Of a DNA stretch of 64,000 bases, positions 13,705-25,234 are shown in pieces; positions within the stretch are counted from its first letter, which is position 1; each line of letters starts with the position of its first letter. Below the pieces are notes generated by a model. The model was given only the letters and a program-made list of their open reading frames with translations. It did no database searches and was not told where the DNA came from. The DNA lies in assembly GCF_036321535.1 (NCBI RefSeq), contig NC_087436.1:12896001-12960000 (forward strand), read 5' to 3'. This DNA is from Camelus dromedarius (lineage: Eukaryota). The position numbers were made by a program, and so were the translations under genes.

Positions 13705-13942
13705 AGGTGTGTTTTTAAACTGCAGGTCATGAGCACTTAGTGGGTGCTGGCCAGTATTGAAAAAAAAAACACAATGAAAAATAACAGGAAAAATTATTAA
13801 ATATCAGAGCATATCTCATAGTGTAATGGGAGGTAGGTGTCATGAAACTATTGTTCCAGTTACATTATGTGTGGATGTGTAGCAGCTTATTATGTACAAT
13901 GTATTTCTCAGAGGGGGTCAGCAAAGTTTGGACTCCACCAGT
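13705..13942. mobile_element. hAT-Charlie non-autonomous DNA transposon remnant (MER112-like)
   Basis: ttttaaactgcaggtcatga...ttagtgggt...aaatatcagag...tgtatttct...aaagtttgga; the family name is tentative. Confidence 0.5.
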
Positions 13943-14649
13943 GTATTTGTATTTGAGCAAGAGGAGATGAAAGGAAAGAGATTCCTTGTGTGTGCACGTT
14001 CTCAGGCTTCCTACCTCTTGGGTCAGTAACCCCCCCACTGAGTCAATTTCACGGCCCATTATATAACACTTAGATTGTTTCCACACTCAGGATTTATTTC
14101 TCTCCACGATATAACCAGAACCCCATTTTCCGGCCACTGGGCCAAGCACTTTGCTTTAAAAGTAGACTTTGTGTTCTTAACCCCTTTCCCCCAAACTCTG
14201 TTCTCTACCTCAGATCGACTGTGGCTACCTTTCAATTGGACCCCAAATGCTTATCTAGTTAAGGTTTCAACCATCATGAGGGTATTTTATTTGCACTGTT
14301 CTTTTAACCTTTAAACAGGATTGCTTTTTTGTGGCAGATATTTTTCTAAAACATTTTATGCAAGGATAAAACTGCAAATAATGCCTTTAAATCAAAGTAA
14401 AAAAAAAAAAAAAACTCATCTTGACATCATAAGAAACACATTCTCTGACATGAATCTGCCCAGATCTCCGGTTAGAACTAATCCCTTGAGATACAGTTGG
14501 CTGGAAACAAAACCAAGGCTGTGAGAACTTCCACCTTCTTTGCAACAAGAATGTATTTGTTTGAGAGATAACAGAGGCACTGGAAACACAGGTCTTCACT
14601 ACCGAGAAGGTAGGAAAGAGACAAACTGGGATTGGCACGCCCCAGGGAT

Positions 14650-15078
14650 ATATTAGTTTCTTATTGCTGCTGTAATAAACTACCACCAACTTTGTCCCTC
14701 AAACAACATGAATGTATTATCTTATAGTCCTGGAGGTTAGAACTCAGACACAGTCTCACTGGGCTAAAACCATGGTGTTGGCAGGGCTGTGTTCCAGGTG
14801 CTCAGAGGAGTTTTATCCTTGCCTCTCCCAGCTTCTAGAGGCTGTCTGCGTTCTCTGCCTCGTGGTCCCTACACATGGCTGCCTGCTGCTGTCGTCCCAT
14901 CTCCTTTTCATTCTCTGATCCTCTTGTCTGTTTTTTTCACTTGTAAAGGCTCATCCAGATGATTCCTCCATCTCAAGATCTGTAATCGAATCACATCTGC
15001 AAAGTCCCTTTTGTCATGTAGGTTTCTGGGGATTAGTGTGTGGATGTCTTTGCAGGGGGCATTTTTTTACCTACCACG
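14650..15078 (-). mobile_element. MaLR LTR (MLT1C/D-like)
   Basis: tattagtttcttattgctgctgtaataaactaccac...tcttatagtcctggaggttag...atctcaagatc...cacatctgcaaagtcccttttg. Confidence 0.8.
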
Positions 15079-18000
15079 GGGGACTCTGAGGGTGTGGGTC
15101 TATGAGCAAGAGAAAGTGAGGTCCCAAATGATCCTTCACGGTACCTGGATCCATGACTGCGGCTTTGCTGCTGGTGGCGTGCTCACAGAGGAAGGGCGCG
15201 GTTCCTGGACTCCTTCACTCTGGGCACCTGCAAGGTTCAAGGACTGGCCGCTGGGGCCACTCTACAGCCTCGTACAGCTCTGCCTTCTTCCTCGTGGGCT
15301 GCACTCACTCATAAGTGAACAGTTGCCTCTCTGATTGCTCCTGGTGACTTCTGAGCATTTAACATTCATCTGTGCCCAGTGAAGGTCTCCATCTCGTGGG
15401 TCTTTAACGTATCTCCTCTATCCTGCATTTTTAATGGCTATTCTATTTAAGTTTCCACATTATGTCTGGATTGGAGATGAAGGATTCGATAAAAGAAGGA
15501 AAGAACAGTGACTAAAATCTACAGGTGAAGCAGGCAGGCTGGAGATAAAAAATACATGAGAAGACAGACTGAGGCGCCTTCAAAAGAGATCTTGAAGATA
15601 CAGAACACAGCAAAGACTTGGAAGCTGGCTTTATGAATAAAGAGTCAGGGATAAAAGCCCATGAAGGCAGAGGGAAAAAATATATATACATTTGCAGACA
15701 CAGGAAGCAGTGTTTCAACAGAAGCTTTTGCCAATGCGGTAAAGTTCCTACAGTAGGTACCCTGGAGTTTAGCTGATGGCTAAAACACTCAGTGTGCAGT
15801 GGTCAGAATGGAGCCCGGAGATGGTGGGATTCAGGTCCACTTTCCTGCGGGACTCTGGTTTATTAATTGAAAGCATCTTGCCATGGCCAAGAGCTTCTGG
15901 AGTTTCATTCCTCTGTTTTGCTGTCTTTTTTTATTTTTGCACTGGATACAAAGAGTTATGGGAAGTAAGTAATTGGCAGCCAACAGAGGAAAGCTTGAGG
16001 AGCACCTGAATTCACAAAGCAGTTTCTACCTCTCCAGGGACGGCAATCTTGTTTTCTGACGGAAATCGTTGAGAAGAACAGACCCTCCAAGGACCTTAGG
16101 GTGCTAGAGCCCTCAAAATCCAAGTCTGTGACTTCTCAAAGCACATGCTCTCCCCTCAGGATTTGCTTGGACAGCAATCTAAAAACATCTTTGAAAGTAT
16201 TAAGCACTGAATCACTCCTGATACATTATAGTAGCTATAAGAAAGCTCTGCCTGCCTTGAAGTAGGTAAATACAAGGGTTATTTAATTTGTGTACATATC
16301 TGCCTAACTTTCAGTTTAATTTCAGGACCAAGAGTAGTATCTCTATACTGAATTGCTGAAAACATTTTGGAAAACATAATGAAAATGTTGCCTTAGACAC
16401 CAAAGAGGCTGATGTCATAAAAAGATGGAAATCTGTTGGAAACGTAAATTGTGATGATAGATAGAGACAAAAGCGTTTTTTTCCTTAATTCACATGTGTT
16501 CAGAAAGGTGGGGAACATTCCTGTTGGTGATAATGCTACCGTGTTGTTGAGCATCCTAAAAATAAGGTTGTCATTCAATTTTGCATTTCACTTGGTACGT
16601 GCGCACTGCTAAATCTAGAGTCAGGGCAAAAGCCTCAGATCCTTTGTGATCCAGGCAAAGCTAATCAAGCAGCAGTGGGGCCAGGTTCACATATGTTCCA
16701 AGAGAGAAATAACCAAGATATTGACACGGCCAAAAATCTGTGGTGCAAGTTTTCTTACCAAATGTCTGTGTATTGAGGGAGGTTCTCATAGGTCATATCT
16801 GTGCCCAGTGAACTGCACTCGAATCCAGCAGGATCTATTTATTTCCAAAATAACTGTGTCTTGATCAAATAGGATTCATGTGTGCCGGCCGCACAGAGGA
16901 GACACACTGGGCCGGATGTGGCTCTTTTCCCCGACTGCCTTGATTCAATGGGATCCAGGCATTTTCCAACTGAACAGCTGTGGCTTGGGGAGAATCCAGG
17001 TGTTTTTCTCACTGAATATTTGTGGGATTGGCAGGGCTCTGGGTATTTCCTCCACTTTCTCTTGCCTGGAATGATTATAACGTACATTATGTATATGTAT
17101 TTCAGTGAACTTTGCTTTGTCCCAGGAAACAGATCAGCTTCCTCTACTTCACACAAACAGCAATGACACCTAGAAAAATATGGACAGGGTCCAACACTAT
17201 TTATCTTTTTCTTCACTAGCTGCATCCTTCATGCTGTCTTACACGAATACACGAATATTCTAAAAATCCCTTTGAGTGGAAACCAGTCAATTACCTTCCC
17301 AGGCTGAATAATTATCTACTTAAAAGGTGTTGCTTTATTGGAATGGGAGTGTCACACCTGTTCCGACATCCACTTGCTAAGAACCTGTTGGACTTGGCTT
17401 TGATTTCTGGTTGAAAAAGTTAAGTCAGCCTCTCTGGATTTGGCAATGCGTATAGACCCTGTTAGAAAATGGTGTGGTTTCGGTTTCTGTGTCTTATACG
17501 ATATATAGGGAAATTGGAAAGAATTCAGAGAACAGAAACAAAATGATTAAAGGGTTGAGGAAATAAGAAGCTGGGATCATTTCATCTAAAGAAAGGCTTT
17601 CAGGGGAAGCAAGATGGTGTGTGTGTGCATGTGTGCCAAAGACAAGAGTCAGAAAAGCCAAATCTTAAAGGCAGTGTCTTTAAGCAGGTTTGATTGGCCT
17701 TTGTAGGCCATCTGGATTCTGGTGAAGGGAGTGCGGAGAAGTTGGTCTACTTTACCAATTTCTGCGAAGGAGACTAAGCAATTTAGGAGAGGGAAGGGGT
17801 TTGGGGGGAAATCGTGCAGGCATTACTTTAGCCAGGGGTTCTGTCTCAGACCTACTTAGAATATAATCTTCAAATATAGGGAGAACTTTAGTATGTAAAT
17901 CTTACATTCCGGCTTCTACTGGATTTGCAAAATACTATTTGATACAGTATGTCCAAATCTGCTTAATGATAAGCCACACTATACTTCTCTCCAACCACAT

Positions 18001-18392
18001 GATGAAGTGTTGCTGTAAAGAAATTATTGACCAGTTTTTCCCCATCTTCCCAAAGAACCAGAGGAAATAACTATATATTGATATCGGAAACAGAGACTAA
18101 TACTCTATAAAATGAAATCATATTCTGCTAGGTTGAGAAAATAGAATGAGTGTGTATAGAATCAGATCTTAACATTGAAAAAGAGGGAACAGACCATCAT
18201 CTATGGCTTTGGGATGGCTTATGTCTTAAGGTGGGGAGGGGGACTTGATTAGCTACCATGTAGTTATCTATCTGGACAAGATCCCCATTATGTCTAAGAG
18301 GATGATTTTAAACCTTTAAGAACACAAAATGTATGCAGATATGAAATACAGACTATGATATTAGACATGAAATCATTTCCTCTTATAAGGCT

Positions 18393-18763
18393 CTGTATCA
18401 GAATTCTCCAGAGAAACAGATCCAAGAGACATACGGTAATTGGCTTAAAGGATTGTGGGAGCTGGCAAGTTCAAAACTGGTAGGGCAGGCCAGCAGGATG
18501 GAAGTGCAGGCAGGATTTCTACATTACAGTCTTGAGGCAGAATTCGTTCCTCTCCGGAAAACCTCAGATTTTGCTCATTAGACTTTCAACTGATTGGGTG
18601 AGGCCCACCATATTATCAAGAGTAATTGCTTTACTTAAAGGCAACTCCTAATAGATATTGATCACATCTGCATAATATCTTTGCAGTAACATTTAGACTA
18701 GTGTTTGACTAAATAACTGGGTACCATAGCCTAGCCAAGTTGATATATAACATTTAACCACCA
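18393..18763 (-). mobile_element. ERVL LTR (MLT2-like)
   Basis: ttctccagagaaacaga...gggagctggcaagttcaaa...gtttgactaaataactggg..ccatagcctagccaagttga...taaccaccaca. Confidence 0.85.
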
Positions 18764-19189
18764 CAAGCTCCATACACTCTTCAGTTCATCCTTTTAGAAA
18801 GATGACGTATGAGCCAACGATGGTACTCCTTGCAGTCAGTGTCCTTCCTGACCTCAGAGGGTCTTCCCCTTGGGAAGAAGCCCTCCATATTCCACAGAAT
18901 TCCTCCTCACTTGCTTTAAGTACCATTTCTAAATGGTTGGTTTCTTTCTGTTGCATTCTCAAGTAGTCAACCCATGTGGTTGTTCTCCTGGGCCAACCCA
19001 CCGTTCACCCAAACGTGTTGTCCAAAGTTCTTCTTTCGTCGTTCTCCCAGGTCTTTCCAAAACTCTTACTATCTTCTTATAGTGATTTCAGTGAGAATTC
19101 AGAAGCAAGACAGTCTGTTTTAAGCAGAAAACCACAGAGATGATAAGTGATCAGTGAGAGCTCAGAAGACCAGGGACGCTGAAGCACCA

Positions 19190-19830
19190 CCATCTAGGTT
19201 CAGATTCCAGTTCCACCACTGAGATCTTTGTGACTTTCGTTGAATTACTTGCAATGCCCTGAACCTTGGTCTCTTTATCTTTAAGATGGGGATAATAATT
19301 ATAATTCCTTTCCTAAAGGGTTAATATGAGATGCTTTAGGTCTTAATTACTATTTGACCATTGAAATTAACTATTACAAGTGAAGGAACATCTGCAGTCT
19401 GGGAGAAAATGTTTTTGACGACAGAATTCCTGGACTATTAAACCAAGTAACGCCAGGGGAAGATCTGCTCTGGGCCTTCCTGCCCATGATAGTTTGTGTT
19501 CATAATAGTAAGAATTTGACTTCCCTCTCCACACCCTCAAGGAGGCTAAGAAGCCAGAGTTTGATATTACTGAGAATCCCAAAACACTGCACCCCTAAAA
19601 TATTTCCTCACACAAACAACGGAGGGCAAAAGAAGTAATATTTGTGGAATGCTTTCTACGTGCTAGTCCACATGCATGTTGTCTCATTTAAGGCTCATAA
19701 GATCCCTGTAAGCTAGATATTATAATCCTCAACTTAGAGAAGGCGAAACTGAGGCTTAACAAGGTTGAAATAACTTGCCCAAAATTACAGAGCAAAACCA
19801 AGGTGGCAACCAGCTTCAAAACCCAAATTC
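19190..19830. mobile_element. Two MIR remnants (about 19190-19335 on +; about 19640-19830 on -)
   Basis: ggttcagattccagttccaccact...tttaagatggggataataa and gaaactgaggcttaac..aacttgcccaaaattacaga. Confidence 0.65.
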
Positions 19831-20737
19831 TTGCCAGTTGACTGCAATGTCTCTCTGAAGAAGGTCAGATCTGGCCCTATTTGTTGCAGACTGTTGGCTT
19901 CCATGCTATCTAAAATTATTTTTGGCATATTTGAGAAATGCTCTTATTTCTTTTACTCAATGAAATTGAATTCTTAATGCTGGGAATGCTGTTCAGAGCA
20001 TTCAACGAAGGTTATTGTCAAATGGGCAGGAGACCTCGAATTGCACACGCTGAAATGAACTGGAAAATAGATGTTTGACATTCCTCATTTTCTGTTTGTT
20101 TCTAAACCAACCACTGTTTACAATGAATGTGTCAGTGAATGATGCAGAAAAACTAGCTGCTTTTCCTTTATTTTGAGACTCAAGTAACTATCTGATAACA
20201 ATACTGTTTGCAAAATAAGTTGAAGAAGTTTGAAAAGAAGTTCAAGAAGCTCCCCGGAATGATCAAAATGAGTAAATTAGGAAGATACAGTCCATCACCG
20301 TGAAAGATCTCAGGCCAGTTAATTCTGAGTCATGGCTTCCAATCCCTCCTTCAACAGGTTAGCTCTCCATCTACTCTCCAGTTCAATCCACTCTCCATCC
20401 AATCATCCAATAGAAATTTAGTGAATAGAAACTCACTATGTGGTAGTTACTGGTCTACCTTCTGGCATAAAGCCACACTTAAAGTGCGTAAAAGGGTGGA
20501 GATCACAACAGTCTAGTAAACAAATGAATAAAACAAGCTACTTTCAGATGCTGTGGATCAAATCTAACATGAGGATATAGGATTTACGGTGGAGAAGCTA
20601 CTTGAGGTAGGTCGGGCGGCCAAGGAAGGTCTCTAAACAACTGGTACTTGAGCTGAGGCCTGAATGAGAAAGAACCAAACCCTGACAAGCAGAAGCAGTA
20701 ACTCCCAGGCACAGGCAGCTTCTAACAACAGATGCAC

Positions 20738-21082
20738 TGCCTGAGCCTGATCAGGCTGCTGTAACAAAGGCCCATAGGAAGGCGGCATTATCAGCAAAGA
20801 AATTTCTCCCTCCCAGTTCCGAAGGCTGGAAGTCCGAGGTCAGGGTGCCAGCATGGTCAGGTTCTGGTGCAGGTCCTCTTTCTGGTTGCGGACTTCTGGC
20901 TTCTTCTGCCTTCATGTGGTGAGAGCTCCAAGCTCTTGCCTCGCTCAGAGAAAGGCGACAATCCCATGACTTATCTCATCCAGTCACCTCCCAAAGGCCT
21001 GGTCTCCTAAAGCCATCACACAGAGGTATAAGATTTCAACACAAGAATTTTGAGGGAGACACAAACATTCAGTCCCTAACTC
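20738..21082 (-). mobile_element. MaLR LTR (MLT1A-like), flanked by L2-like sequence
   Basis: ggctgctgtaacaaa...cagttccgaaggctggaagtccgaggtcagggtgccagcatggtcaggttctgg...atttcaacacaagaattttgagggagacacaaacattcagtcc. Confidence 0.85.
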
Positions 21083-23191
21083 ATACTAAGATCAGGGCAG
21101 CTGGATCCCCAGTGGTGCTACGCAAGATGAGGTCAGGAAGGTGGGTAAGACGGCATCAGGTAGAGTCTGAATTATATAATCCAAGTATAATGGAAATACA
21201 CTGAGGGGTTCTAAGCCGAGATGGGTGGATGGTGCGTGTCACATGATTTGACTTAGTTTTAAAAATATCAATCTGGATGCTAGAATGGAGGCCGGGGGAC
21301 TAGTTAGGGCGAGATTGCAGAGGCTGAGGGGAAGGGGACTAAAAATTTGTAACAGATCTCCTTAATGTTAAGGAGACTTCCCTGGTGAAAGGAAGCTGAA
21401 TTTATTCTAACAGTGTTTCCATTTACATGTCATGGGCCTGCTATAAAATAAATTGTTTTATTATTATTTTAACAGACATAGAGATGATCATATTGCTGTA
21501 GATTAGCGATTGTATGTATTAAAAACGCACCTTGCTGTTGCTGCAAGGAATGCTGTGCAGGGCTTTTGGTTCTCTTGAAAGGGGAGCAACAGTATCTAGG
21601 AAATTAATTCTTCCCTCTGGCCTAAATGTAAAATTGCAGAAACCATCTGCTAAGTATGGCCAGCCATCCTTAAGAGGGCAGAGAGTCCTTCCTCCGGCAT
21701 TTTTTATTATAGGCCATCTATCAATTTCTACCTATCATTACGGATAATTGAAAGGAAACCTGCGTCCATGACAATTTATTTATTGGCATTTTTCTTGGGC
21801 TCAGACACAAGCTATTTTGCAAGTGGTATCAGTAGTTGCCCTGCCTGCCAACTTCCCTGCTCAGAGGTGACGGCTCAGCGCTGGGGGGTGATGGGCCTCG
21901 GCCACCCCTTCTTTATGCCCATAAATCAGCATTGTAAAACATCCTGGAAGTGGTGTGATGGCGCTGAATGCATTAAAAAAAAAGTGTTCGCAAGCCGAAT
22001 CTATTGTCATTCCTGGTGGCAGAGGGGAGTGACAAGACTCACACGTCCCGAGTCGTTGAGCGGCATAATAAAGCCTGGTTTCCACCATGTGTGTCACATA
22101 TTCCCCCGGTTTTCTCGAAGGTTTTTCCAAGTTCCGCCTCTCCCCGCTTTGCAGTCATCCTGGCCCCAGCTGCGCATCGGCCTTTGACTCCATCTGTCCT
22201 TCCGCTGGGGACGAGTCTCTCTCGCCAAATGGAGAACACAAGTTTGGCTCCCCAAGGTGATTGTAACCCCCACCCTCTGGCTCAGCCGGAGCCAAGCGTC
22301 AGGCCTGCTGAAGGGCCGGTTAAGGGGATGCGGCCCGGTAGGGCGTGGAGAGGCTGCTCTCCTCACCTTCCCCCGCCCCTCGCCACTTTGCACGCTTAGC
22401 CGCGCCAGAAGCCCCGCCTGCGCGACCCCCACCCGCCCCACGGCCCAAATCTCCGGGTCCTTCTTCCTTGGCTCCCCCGTCCTCCATCCCTGACCCAGCC
22501 ACGAATGCGCACTGCTGCAGAGCGGTGACTCGCAGGTTGGAGTTTGCCCGGGTGTGCGGCGCGTCACAGCGCAGGGAAGAGAGCGGAGGGGAGTCCGCGG
22601 GGGCTGGGTCGGAGAGGGAGCCGTGCGGTCCTCCGCGCCCGGAGACGCGGCGGGGAGCGGCCACCCTCGGAGCAGCGTACCACTCCCTCTCTCTCTTCAT
22701 CCCTCCCTCCTCCGCTCCGGCCCCGCGCCCTCACTCCTGGCCTCCCGCCTTTACTCCACCCCTTCCTCGGCCCGACCCCCATCCTCTCCTCGTGTGTGCG
22801 CGCTTTAAATAATTTCATCCTTTTGGCAAAAGAAATAATGCACCTGACTTTACCAGGGGGGAAACAACCGGCCGAGCAGAATAAGGAACAGATGTAAAAG
22901 GAATAAAAGGAAAGAGAAAAAGAGACTCCTTTAAAGAAATCCAGGGGCTGAAGAGGTGGCTGCCGCGGCAGAGGCAGCTAGAGCTTCGCTCCCCGTCTGC
23001 ACGAGCTGCAGGCGGAGGGCGTTTTCACCAGTTGCAGATGTAACCTCGGGAACTCCTGGGTCTGTTCGCTTGTTTGCCAAACAAAGTCTTTTCTTCTTTG
23101 GCTGAGACACCGAAGAGGCTCCCGGATTTTCCTGCCATCCCGCCACAAGCTGGCAGTTACCCGGGAGCCTTCCCCGGGAGCTGGCGGAGAA

Positions 23192-25228
23192 ATGAGCCCT
23201 TCAGGGCGGAGGATGGGCGAAGGGCGTCAGCAGCCGGGGGCTCTCGCCGGGAAGCGCCTCCTGCTTCCCGGGAGGACAGGGGCTCCCTGCCGGCGGCCGG
23301 GCGGCGGCAGCGCCGGGGCGCAGCGCTTCCTGCTCGGGCTCTACGTGCACGCGTGGCTGTGGGCGGCCTCGGGCTCATCCGCCCAGGTGTTCAACCTCAG
23401 CCTTTCCGTGGACGAGGGGCTTCCTCCGAACACTCTAGTCGGTGACATCCGCGCCGGGCTGCCGGCCGCGCAGCAGCAGCAGGAGGGGGGCGGCTTCTTT
23501 CTATCGGAGGATTCGGATGACTCCCCACTGCTGGACGACTTCCACGTGCATCCGGACACGGGCATCATCCGCACGGCTCGGCGCCTGGACCGCGAGCGGC
23601 GGGACCACTATACCTTCGTGGCCGCCACACTGCTGGGCGCCGTGGTGCAGGTGGAGATCCGCGTCAACGACGTGAACGACCACTCGCCTCGCTTTCCCCG
23701 CGACTCCCTGCAACTCGACATTTCCGAGCTCAGCCCGCCAGGTACCGCCTTCCGCCTGCCAGGCGCCGAAGACCCCGACGCCGGGTTGTTCAGCACACAG
23801 GGCTACACCCTCGTGCAGCCGTCCGAGCTTTCCGAGGACCCCGCAGGACCATTCTTCCAGTTGCGCTACGGGACCCCGGGGTCACCACCTTCGCCGCCGG
23901 CCTCGTCGCCCCTGGAGCCCCTAGACCTGGTGCTTCTGCGGCGCTTGGACCGAGAGGCGGCGGCAGCACACGAACTGCAGATAGAGGCGTGGGACGGCGG
24001 TCGCCCGCGGCGCACCGGCCACCTGCGGGTGGAGCTGCGGGTGCTGGATGAGAACGACAACCCGCCGGTCTTTGAGCAGAGCGAGTACCGCGCCGCCGTG
24101 CGCGAGGACGCTCGGCCAGGCGCCGAGATCTGCCGCGTGCGCGCCACCGACCGTGACCTGGGGCCCAACGGCCACGTGCGCTACAGCATCCGCTCCCGGC
24201 AGGCTCCCGGGGGGGCGGGTGGCAGCGGCGGGCCGCTGGGCGACGCGGCCTACTTCGCGGTGGACGAGCTGAGCGGCGTGGTGCGGCTGCAGAGGCCGCT
24301 GGACCGCGAGGCGCAGGCCTGGCACCAGCTGGTGGTCGAGGCCCGCGACGGAGGTGCCGAGCCGGAAGTCGCCACCGTGCGCGTGTCCATCGCCGTGCTG
24401 GACGTGAATGACAACCGGCCCGCCATTCATCTGCTTTTCCTCACCGAGGGAGGCGCCGCGCGCGTCTCCGAGGGCGCTCGAGCTGGCGACTATGTGGCTA
24501 GGGTCTCGGTGTCCGACGCGGATGGCGACCCAGAGAAGGAAGAGGAGGCCGCAGGGGAACTTGGCGTGGGCTTAGAAAACGGGAGCATCTCGCTGGTCTT
24601 GGAGGGCGGGGAGGGAGCCTTTGCGCTTCGGTCTGGAGGCTCCTCAGGAGTATTCTTCCTTTGCGTGGAGGGGCCCCTAGACCGGGAGAGCCGAGACCTG
24701 TATGATTTGCGACTGGTGGCCACGGATGCGGGATCCCCTCCGCTGAGCACCGAGCAGACGCTGCTGCTCCGTGTTGCTGACCTCAATGACCAGCCGCCTC
24801 TCTTCAGCCAGGAGCATTACCGGGCCTCAGTGTCCGAGGCCGCGGTCCCCGGCACGGCGGTCTTGTGGGTCAGCGCCTCGGATGCGGATGAGCCTGGCAC
24901 GGACCATGCCCGACTGCGCTACACGCTGGTCCCTCTCCAGGCTCGCTGCAGCCCAGAGGCTCTGAGGCCCACCGCAGAGTGTGGACCGTCCTTCACCATC
25001 GATCCCGAAAGCGGTGTGATCAGCACCACCCGGAGCCTGGACCGAGAGATCCAGGAGGCGGTAGAGCTGAAAGTGGTGGCCCAGGACCTCGGAGAGCCCC
25101 CGCTCTCCGCCACCTGCCTGGTGAGCATCGCCGTGGACGACGTGAATGACAACGAGCCCGTCTTCCTGAGGCAGGTGTACAACACCACCCTTCCTGAGCA
25201 CGCCCCAGTCGGACACTGCTTCCTGCAG
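23192..25228 (+). CDS. DCHS2: DCHS2 (dachsous cadherin-related 2 / protocadherin-23), first coding exon; partial CDS of 679 codons
   Basis: The ORF MSPSGRRMGEGRQQ... has a hydrophobic signal segment (FLLGLYVHAWLWAASGSSA|QVF) followed by cadherin repeats with LDRE motifs and the linkers DVNDHSPRF, DENDNPPVF, DVNDNRPAI, DLNDQPPLF and DVNDNEPVF. It closely matches the N-terminus of human DCHS2 as I recall it. Cadherin-like sequence ends at ...GHCFLQ, exactly at a consensus donor CAG|GTGAGT (phase 0). Confidence 0.96.
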
Positions 25229-25234
25229 GTGAGT
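25226..25234 (+). other. DCHS2: 5' splice donor of DCHS2 exon 1 (CAG|GTGAGT)
   Basis: Near-perfect U2 donor consensus at the point where cadherin sequence stops and the CpG island fades. Confidence 0.93.
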
